Shown piece by piece: positions 57,350 to 64,000 of a DNA stretch of 64,000 nt; position 1 is the first letter of the stretch, and the number at the start of each line of letters is the position of its first letter. The notes under the pieces were generated by a model. That model saw nothing but the letters and a program-made list of their open reading frames with translations, searched no databases and had not been told where the DNA came from. Origin of the DNA: an uncultured Candidatus Saccharibacteria bacterium (GTDB lineage Bacteria > Patescibacteriota > Minisyncoccia > Phycocordibacterales > SBAW01); NCBI GenBank assembly GCA_964566795.1, contig CAZMIU010000001.1, forward strand, positions 15,388 through 79,387, given 5' to 3'. The translations under genes and the position numbers were made by a program.

Positions 57350-58594
57350 ATGGCTAAAAAGAAGAAGGCAGCTAAGAAGGCCCGCCGCGCCAAAAAGGCC
57401 GGCAAGCCGGCCAAAGCGTCGGCTTTTAAGAAGGCTGCGGCAGCGCGCCGTGCCAAACTCGCACCCAAGAAAAAGGCTGTAAAGAAGGTTAAAGCTCCCG
57501 CCGTATCTCTCAAAGCTCAAAAGAAGGCCGACGAGCAAAACAAGAAGGCCGAGGGTCTTATGGAGCGCGGCCGCCAGCGCGGCTTTGTGACCTACGACGA
57601 GATTCTTAAGTCGTTCCCCAACGTGGAGGAAGACGTGATGTTCCTCGAGGAGCTCTACGAAAAGTTTTCTACCGCCGGCATCGATGTGTTGGAGGGCGGA
57701 GGCCTTTTGGAGGTAGAGACCGAGCCTCTGGAGAAGGGCTATGCCCGCTCAGACTCGAGCTTTGACTCTATCCAGATGTATTTGCGCGAGATAGGCAAGT
57801 ACCCGCTCTTAAACGCGCAGGAGGAGCGCGACCTGGCCAAGCGCATTACAGACGGCGACGAGGAGGCGCGCAACCTGCTTGCCAGGGCTAACCTGCGCCT
57901 GGTGGTCTCTATTGCCAAAAAGTACGTGGGCCGCAGCCCGGACCTCACACTCTTGGACCTTATCCAGGAGGGTAACATCGGCCTTTTTAAGGCTGTAGAC
58001 AAGTTTGACTGGACCAAGGGCTTTAAATTCTCTACCTATGCCACCTGGTGGATACGCCAGGCTATTACCCGCGCTCTGGCAGACCAGTCGCGCACCATCC
58101 GCATCCCCGTACACATGGTCGAGACTATTGCCAAGTACAAGCAGGTGGCCCGCAGGCTGAGCCAGGACCTGGGTCGCGACCCTCTGGCCGAGGAAATTGC
58201 GCTTGAGATGGGGGTTGAGGTAGATAAGATTTACCAGATAGAAAAGATCGACCAGGACACGGTCTCGCTTGAGAGCCCTGTAGGCTCTGACGACGGCGAC
58301 GACGGCAAGTCGGTCTTGGGCGACTTTATCAAGGACGACAAGATACTCTCGCCGGACCAGGAGGTGTCGCGCCGCATCCTGGGCGATCAGCTTAAAGAGA
58401 TTTTAGACGAGCTTAGCCCCAAAGAGCGCGAGATACTCAAGCTGCGCCATGGGCTCGAGGACGGCATATATCATACGCTTGAGGAGGTGGGCAAGAAGTT
58501 TGGTGTCACCCGCGAGCGTATCCGCCAGATTGAGGCCAAAGCCCTAGAGCGCATCCGCACGCACGAGAAGGCAAAGCGTTTGCGCAGCTATTAA
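57350..58594 (+). CDS. rpoD: Primary sigma factor with Lys/Ala-rich N-terminal tail
   Basis: [47 protein letters not shown]. Confidence 0.96.
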   Translation: MAKKKKAAKKARRAKKAGKPAKASAFKKAAAARRAKLAPKKKAVKKVKAPAVSLKAQKKADEQNKKAEGLMERGRQRGFVTYDEILKSFPNVEEDVMFLEELYEKFSTAGIDVLEGGGLLEVETEPLEKGYARSDSSFDSIQMYLREIGKYPLLNAQEERDLAKRITDGDEEARNLLARANLRLVVSIAKKYVGRSPDLTLLDLIQEGNIGLFKAVDKFDWTKGFKFSTYATWWIRQAITRALADQSRTIRIPVHMVETIAKYKQVARRLSQDLGRDPLAEEIALEMGVEVDKIYQIEKIDQDTVSLESPVGSDDGDDGKSVLGDFIKDDKILSPDQEVSRRILGDQLKEILDELSPKEREILKLRHGLEDGIYHTLEEVGKKFGVTRERIRQIEAKALERIRTHEKAKRLRSY

Positions 58595-58667
58595 AGAAGG
58601 AGTATCCTATCTAAGCGCTCCACAAGGGGGCGGGTGCACTATATACCACAAGCGACGGGAGATACTT

Positions 58668-59558
58668 TTGCCATCAGCAGCGATTGAGCGAAAAGAGCAA
58701 GTACAAGCGCAGAGCCTGCAGTGTCTGCAGGATCTGCTGCCGGGCGATGTTATCGGTACGCATGCCCTAAGCGAGATATGCATACCTGAGTGGGCCTTTA
58801 GGCCCGATCATTGGTCTACAACCTTTCTGCGTGGGCTTATGCAGGTGGGCGAGAGCCTTTCTTGTGCCCGTGTGTGGGAGGTGGGCGTGGGGACCGGGGT
58901 CAATCTTATTGCGCTCAGCGACGTTGTCGCTGACGCGGTGTGGTACTACTCGGACTTTAATCCAGACTGTACATTGCTGGCGCAGGCCAATCTTTTATTG
59001 GCTGGCGTTAGCGGTTCCTACACGCCCCTGCACGGCAAGAGAAATCTTGTGCATGCGGGGGTGGGGCAGCCGGTACCAAAGGTTGACGTGGTCTTCGGCT
59101 GTCTGCCCCAGGTCCCCGTGACCCATGGCATCAACACCTGCGACCGTGTGGCGCACTATTACAATCCCGACATGTATCCCTTCTCGCGAAGGCATACGTG
59201 CGGGCTTGGGCTCAACGAGGCCCTGCTTATGGGTGCAAGGAAAGTCCTGTTTAAACATGGCAGGGCAATCCTCAACTTAAGCGGGCGCGCAGGGAAGGAG
59301 CGGCTGGAGGAGATGTTTGACGAGTGCGGATACACGTCTCGCGTATTGTACGAGACAATCGTGCCGCAGCACGCGGCCACGTCGCTCTCGTCGCTTGCTT
59401 GTATCGAGTCTGAAGACAAGGCGGGGTATGAGTTTGAGTTCTTTGCTGACCCGGAGGCGCACACCCGCCTTAGTGCAGGTCAGGCTGAAGCAAGACGATG
59501 CAGTGGCCTTGCCGTCTATCACAAGATCTTTGTGATGGAGGGTACACTGGACCACTAA
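58668..59558 (+). CDS. mmtN: MmtN-like methionine S-methyltransferase
   Basis: WSTTFLRGL, EVGVGTG, GCLPQV, AHYY, GLGLNEALL, QHAAT, EFFADPE, VYH match my recollection of MmtN and the plant MMT N domain; GGGAG SD; start uncertain. Confidence 0.78.
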   Translation: MPSAAIERKEQVQAQSLQCLQDLLPGDVIGTHALSEICIPEWAFRPDHWSTTFLRGLMQVGESLSCARVWEVGVGTGVNLIALSDVVADAVWYYSDFNPDCTLLAQANLLLAGVSGSYTPLHGKRNLVHAGVGQPVPKVDVVFGCLPQVPVTHGINTCDRVAHYYNPDMYPFSRRHTCGLGLNEALLMGARKVLFKHGRAILNLSGRAGKERLEEMFDECGYTSRVLYETIVPQHAATSLSSLACIESEDKAGYEFEFFADPEAHTRLSAGQAEARRCSGLAVYHKIFVMEGTLDH

Positions 59559-59567
59559 CGTAGCAAG

Positions 59568-59594
59568 GCTCCGCGGGCAACCGCGGGGCTTTTT
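59568..59594 (+). terminator. Terminator after the mmtN-like gene
   Basis: GCTCCGCGG-GCAA-CCGCGGGGC-TTTT. Confidence 0.7.
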
Positions 59595-59644
59595 CTTGCG
59601 CCCGTCCTGATTTCTTCATGCACCAGATTGGTATACTGGGGGTA

Positions 59645-60502
59645 ATGGCAGGCAAGGCGCCCAAACTCCCCATCGCATACTGGAGCCACTCGAGCCTCAT
59701 GGCGTTTTTGCGCAACCCTCTGGCGTGGTACAAGCGCTATGTGGAGCTTGTGTACGACACGCCCATGGGCCCGGCCGGGGTAGTGGGGCGGGCGGCCCAC
59801 AAGGCGCTCGAGCACTACTACACAGGCATCGACATTGAGGGGGCCACGGCGCTGGGGCTTGAGTACCTGCGCGGTGTCGCAGACTTTGAGATCAACTTTG
59901 GCAAAAGCGCCACCACAAAGGCCGCCCGCAAAAAGAAACGCCACACAATGGAGCGCGAGTACTTGCAGGCGGTTGGCTTCTTTTTTGCGCGGCCGCCACG
60001 CTACAGGGTAGTTGGGGTCGAGGTTAAGGCCACGGTCGAGGTTACGGGTTTGCCTCTGCCTATTAAAGCCGTGTCAGACCTTGTAGTCACGAGCAAGGTC
60101 GACAAAAACGGGCTCGATGTTGTCGACTACAAGTTTGTCGCGGCCTTTAGCCCCTACAAGGGAGACAAGTCCCTGTTTATCATGCAGGCGATATTTAACT
60201 ACTACACGGTCAAAAAGACCTACAGAAAGCCTGTCCGCCGCTTTATCATCCATGAGGTCAAGATTACTAAGAATGCCGATGGCAAGCCGCAGGTACGCCG
60301 CCATGTTATCGACTTTAGGGAGTTTAGGCGCGAGTTTATCGTCTTTAACCGGCTTATACGCGACGCCACCACGGCCCTTGAGGGCATGCGGGTATTCCTG
60401 CCCAACCCCTCGGACATTTTTGAGGGGGAGAACAGCTTTGATATCTACCGCATAAACCTGGGCTATGAGGAAACCGACGACCACTTTAAACCCGACGAAT
60501 AA
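59645..60502 (+). CDS. PD-(D/E)XK nuclease family protein (RecB/AddB-like)
   Basis: SHSSL...P...Y, GRAAHKALE, VE, SDLV, VDYK, Q...Y. Confidence 0.82.
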   Translation: MAGKAPKLPIAYWSHSSLMAFLRNPLAWYKRYVELVYDTPMGPAGVVGRAAHKALEHYYTGIDIEGATALGLEYLRGVADFEINFGKSATTKAARKKKRHTMEREYLQAVGFFFARPPRYRVVGVEVKATVEVTGLPLPIKAVSDLVVTSKVDKNGLDVVDYKFVAAFSPYKGDKSLFIMQAIFNYYTVKKTYRKPVRRFIIHEVKITKNADGKPQVRRHVIDFREFRREFIVFNRLIRDATTALEGMRVFLPNPSDIFEGENSFDIYRINLGYEETDDHFKPDE

Positions 60503-60516
60503 TAAGGAATAAGAGG

Positions 60517-60544
60517 TGGGGTGCTTGATATATCAAGCACCCCA
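60517..60544. repeat. 28-bp perfect palindrome with GTGCTTGATATATCAAGCAC core (copy 2)
   Basis: TGGGGTGCTTGATATATCAAGCACCCCA, downstream of the YerC-like gene. Confidence 0.85.
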
Positions 60545-60565
60545 TTCTCGCTTTCTCCAACTCAA

Positions 60566-60943
60566 CTACTTAAGCAAAAGGTTTAGTATGGAGTTACGCT
60601 GCCTAAAGTGACCTTTAAAGTAGCGTACATCAAGCTCAGTCTCGAGTTTGGCGACCGCCTTCTCGTATCCCTGCAGGTCGTCTTTGAGCCATTTTTGTAC
60701 ACGCCATATGGTATCGCGACCGACTTTGAGGTCGGCAGCAATTTTGTTTGTAGAGTCACCCCGGAGTAGTCGGCGGGCGATCATGAGCCGGCGACCTAGC
60801 ATAATCCTCTCGCTTGGGGTCAGGAGATCGCGCAGGAACAGCTTCATGGCGTCTCGGCCACGGACAGTGCCCGCTGCAGTGTAGAGGGTATCTAGAATGG
60901 CTATACGCTCCTTTTGGCTCAACTCCCGCATCCGGACTTTCAT
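60566..60943 (-). CDS. YerC/YecD (TrpR-like) HTH protein
   Basis: FLRDLLTPSERIMLGRRLMIARRL...IAADLKVGRDTIWRV. Confidence 0.85.
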   Translation of the reverse strand: MKVRMRELSQKERIAILDTLYTAAGTVRGRDAMKLFLRDLLTPSERIMLGRRLMIARRLLRGDSTNKIAADLKVGRDTIWRVQKWLKDDLQGYEKAVAKLETELDVRYFKGHFRQRNSILNLLLK

Positions 60944-60962
60944 GCCAGCATCCTACGCGAGG

Positions 60963-61010
60963 GTGCTTGATATATCAAACAGTTGACAATGCTGTGAAAT
61001 AAGGTACTAT
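60963..61010. promoter_or_regulatory. Palindrome copy 3 next to divergent promoters
   Basis: GTGCTTGATATATCAAAC directly before TTGACA-16-TACTAT and upstream of the minus-strand TAGGAT of the YerC-like gene. Confidence 0.7.
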
Positions 61011-61039
61011 TTCCTTGAACTGAACAGGGAGGTACATAA

Positions 61040-61318
61040 TTGAGCGAGAATGGACACAGGTCTTTTGGGAGCACCGCAGCCCGTGTAGGTTTACATCTGG
61101 TCTCAAGAGCCATCGGCTCGTTTGGTCTGGCCTGGGTTGTCTACCTGGTCGTAGACAAGTGGGGCGCGGCCATGGGGGTTGCGATACTCGCCGGCACAGC
61201 GTGGTTTGTGCGGTCACTAGTCAAGCTCGTCCTGCACCTCTTGCCTCCGCTTACGCCCGAGCAGGAGGCCCAATTCGACAAAGACACGACCGAGTTTTGG
61301 CAGAGGTTCAGAAGCTAA
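61040..61318 (+). CDS. Small membrane protein, orphan
   Basis: GGGAGG SD, TTG start, two hydrophobic segments, terminator 61325-61350. Confidence 0.6.
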   Translation: MSENGHRSFGSTAARVGLHLVSRAIGSFGLAWVVYLVVDKWGAAMGVAILAGTAWFVRSLVKLVLHLLPPLTPEQEAQFDKDTTEFWQRFRS

Positions 61319-61365
61319 GACAGCAAAAAAGCGGGGAGGTCCCCGCTTTTTATTTTTGCCTTACA

Positions 61366-62112
61366 TTACTGTGCGGTAGATGTACCTGCTTGCGGTGAGC
61401 CCGAACCCGTGGGGGGCACTACTGCGCCGCCGGGGACGGAGGCGAGGACGGCGTCTATGGCTGCGCGCATCGAGGAGTACGGCTGGGCGCCATTGAGCGC
61501 TACAGACTCGGAACCAACCATGATAAGCGTGTAGGGTGTGCCCTGGCCGCCGGCCTTAATTGCCTCCTGGTAGGAGTCGGAAATCTTTTTGGCGTACTTG
61601 CCGGAGTTAAGGCAGGTAGTGAAGGTGTCTACATTAAGACCAACCTGGCCTGCAATCGTGGGGAGCTGTGAGAGGTCAAGCCCGTTGTCGCCCGGGGTTA
61701 CCTCAAAGATCTTGTCTACATAGGCAAAGTATGCCGTGTCGCCGCCCTGCTCGGCTGCGCACTCTGCGGCCTCGGCCTCCTTGGGCGCCTTGGAGTGGAT
61801 GTTGGCAAGGGGAAACGCGCGGGGGACCCAGGCCACCTGGCCGGACGCGCCATAGTAGTCCATGATCTGGTGCATGGTGGTGTTAAACAGCTTGCAGTGC
61901 GGGCACTCGAGGTCGTAGTACTCGATAACTTTTACGGGAGCCTGCGGGTTGCCCAGTATATGATCCTCGCCCGGTGTATAGGGGCGCACGCCTGCGGGGT
62001 TGCCGGCCGTGTCGCTAGGGGTACTGCCCGACTTGCCCGCCCAAAAGACCGCCCCGGCGATAATAAGGCCCGCGACCACGATAGTAATAGGAAGCGCGTA
62101 ATTTCTGTTCAT
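61366..62112 (-). CDS. DsbA/BdbD-family thiol-disulfide oxidoreductase
   Basis: N-terminal TM, DLECPHC, GTP, GAQP. Confidence 0.9.
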   Translation of the reverse strand: MNRNYALPITIVVAGLIIAGAVFWAGKSGSTPSDTAGNPAGVRPYTPGEDHILGNPQAPVKVIEYYDLECPHCKLFNTTMHQIMDYYGASGQVAWVPRAFPLANIHSKAPKEAEAAECAAEQGGDTAYFAYVDKIFEVTPGDNGLDLSQLPTIAGQVGLNVDTFTTCLNSGKYAKKISDSYQEAIKAGGQGTPYTLIMVGSESVALNGAQPYSSMRAAIDAVLASVPGGAVVPPTGSGSPQAGTSTAQ

Positions 62113-62136
62113 ATGGGGCTATTTTACCGCCTGAGC

Positions 62137-62709
62137 CTAGAAGGGCAAGGTGTGGGTTATGGCGGGGGAGTCGGTTGTCTCTTCCCACTTACTGGTGTCT
62201 AACTTGATGTCGCGCACCGAGTCAAAGTCTTTGTACTTGAGCTTTTTGTTCTTTATGGCAAAACGGTACAGCTCGTCTGTAATGGCCACGTCGTCCAGGC
62301 AGTACTGCATCACCTTTTCTTTGAGCCCCTGCTTCCACCACTCCACCGCCTCCAGCCCGTTGCCGCTTTTCTTTTTACCCAAGGTTGCCTCGGCCACACC
62401 GTCGAGCTTAAGCCGGCGGCCCAGCACATTCTTAATCTCTTTAAGGAGGTCGACACTCTTAAACTTGGTGAGGTCGCCCGCATAGTACTTGTTGAGGATA
62501 GGGATATCGAAGTGGTCTGAGTTGTAGCCCACCAGCAGGTCGGCCGACTCTAAGATAGGCCAGAGCTTGTGCAGCTCATCGCGATAGAAGCCCTGGAGCT
62601 TTTTACTCTCAGAGTCGTAAATACCCACAACAGTGACCTCGAGGTTGGAGAAGTCGCCATTACCCTTAAACAACCCTTCAGTCTCGATGTCGAACGTGAT
62701 CCGCCGCAT
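62137..62709 (-). CDS. RNase H-like DEDD exonuclease domain protein (YprB-like)
   Basis: FDIET, GYNSDHFD, YCLDDV. Confidence 0.85.
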   Translation of the reverse strand: MRRITFDIETEGLFKGNGDFSNLEVTVVGIYDSESKKLQGFYRDELHKLWPILESADLLVGYNSDHFDIPILNKYYAGDLTKFKSVDLLKEIKNVLGRRLKLDGVAEATLGKKKSGNGLEAVEWWKQGLKEKVMQYCLDDVAITDELYRFAIKNKKLKYKDFDSVRDIKLDTSKWEETTDSPAITHTLPF

Positions 62710-63965
62710 TACGCTTGTGTAGTTAGGTAGTCTGCTATTGCGTCTGCCGGGAGCGTTTCCTCATGCCCGGAATTGAGGTTGCGCACCTTAAACTGCCCGC
62801 TCTCAAGTTCGTCCTGGCCGGCCACAATAAGCCACGGGATCTTATGCTTAACGGCGGTCTTTATCTGGTCGCCCAGTTTGCGCTCGCCAAAGTCTATCGC
62901 CACGTTGATGCCGGCGCGGCGCAAGGAGCCCGCAAAGGTCTGTGCCTGGTAGGCGAGCTCGGGTGCCGTTATAGCTACGTATACCTGGGTAGGAGAGGTA
63001 TAGGTTGGCAGGAGCCCGCGGACCTCGAGGAATATGCGTATGGTCTCGTCGCTAATGGCAAAGCCCACACCCGGCAAGGGCTCGTCGTCAAAGAGTGCGG
63101 TTAGGTTGTCGTAGCGGCCGCCGCCCATAAGCGCGCGGTTGTTATCCGGATGGGTGTCGTAGACCTCAAACACCATGCCGGTGTAGTAGGCAAAGCCGCG
63201 CACGATAGACGGGTCCCAGACAATGTTGTTGATGCCGGCGTCTCTAAACTGCGCGAGCATCTGCGCAATATCTTGCGGTGGCTCCTCGGGCAGGAGTTTG
63301 CTCTCGGGGATACTGAGCTCGGAGAGCTGATGCAAAAAGTCCTCGCGCGGCATTTTGTCGCGGCGGTCCAAAAGCCCAAAGAGTTTCTTGCGCGCATCCT
63401 CGCCAAGACCGAGCTCATCCATAGTGGCGTTTAAAAACGTGCGCGAGCCCACCTTAATGATGAAGTCGCTCTCGGAGGCACCGAAGGCCATAGGCAGGCC
63501 ATACGCCACCGCTAAAATCTCTGCGTCTGCCGCCATAGAGCGCGAGCCAAAGATGTCTACGTTTAATTGCCAGAACTCGCGCAACCTGCCGCGCTGTGTG
63601 CGCTCGTAGCGGAAGCAGTTGGGTATCGAGTAGTACCGCAAAGGGAAGCCTAATTCGCGGCGGCGGCCCGCCACCATGCGCGCCACAGTCGGTGTCATCT
63701 CAGGGCGGAGTGTGACCTCGCGCTCGCCCCGGTCTAGAAACGTATACGTCTGCTCTTTGGCCATCTCCTCGTTTTCTGCACCCTTGGCCCGGTAGAGCTC
63801 GGCGGGCTCTAAGATGGACGCCTCATACTCGACATAGCCCACGCGCTCGAGTGTTGTCCGCCACATGTCCATGATGAATTTGAGCACGCTAAAGTCTTCA
63901 GGATAGAAGTCGCGCACACCCTTGTACGGGTCGGTGCTCAGTTTTTTTTCCTGGTTTTTACTCAT
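62709..63965 (-). CDS. hisS: Histidine-tRNA ligase
   Basis: KGVRDF, LRPEMT, RYERTQRGRLREF, RGFAYYTG, GGGRYD. Confidence 0.96.
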   Translation of the reverse strand: MSKNQEKKLSTDPYKGVRDFYPEDFSVLKFIMDMWRTTLERVGYVEYEASILEPAELYRAKGAENEEMAKEQTYTFLDRGEREVTLRPEMTPTVARMVAGRRRELGFPLRYYSIPNCFRYERTQRGRLREFWQLNVDIFGSRSMAADAEILAVAYGLPMAFGASESDFIIKVGSRTFLNATMDELGLGEDARKKLFGLLDRRDKMPREDFLHQLSELSIPESKLLPEEPPQDIAQMLAQFRDAGINNIVWDPSIVRGFAYYTGMVFEVYDTHPDNNRALMGGGRYDNLTALFDDEPLPGVGFAISDETIRIFLEVRGLLPTYTSPTQVYVAITAPELAYQAQTFAGSLRRAGINVAIDFGERKLGDQIKTAVKHKIPWLIVAGQDELESGQFKVRNLNSGHEETLPADAIADYLTTQA

Positions 63966-64000
63966 ATTTTTGGCGATTCGTGTGCTTACTGCTATTCTAC

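Overview
A GC-rich chromosomal segment read in the standard code (TGA = stop). Gene content and trimmed core proteins (short EF-Ts, PheS, PheT, ThrS, SMC and RF1; NusB-Nudix fusion; split transketolase) point to a Patescibacteria/CPR bacterium, probably Parcubacteria; the taxon is inferred. The backbone carries glycolysis/pentose-phosphate genes (gap, rpiB, rpe, tkt N and C, pfkB-like kinase, fba), translation genes (rplY, rpmE, prfA, rpsB, tsf, tRNA-Thr, pheST, thrS, rpmF, rpsP, trmD, hisS) and replication/transcription genes (gyrB, dnaE, rnhB, nusB, rnc, smc, rnr, fused rpoBC, dnaG, rpoD). It also has large Cys-rich surface proteins and a sortase next to an LPYTG protein. Most notable: (1) a single-ORF RpoB-RpoC fusion with substitutions in the trigger loop, bridge helix and rifampicin pocket; (2) a stand-alone MmtN-like methionine S-methyltransferase; (3) two small regulators (PaaX/Cas2-like and YerC/TrpR-like), each bracketed by its own palindrome; (4) REP-like palindromes, some read in frame inside core genes; (5) two expression styles, with core genes lacking a Shine-Dalgarno (SD) site and often leaderless (including two 22-23 bp bidirectional promoters) while orphan genes sit in cassettes with an SD and often a promoter and terminator. 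No CRISPR array, integrase or transposase was seen. All family calls come from motif recognition by eye, not database searches.
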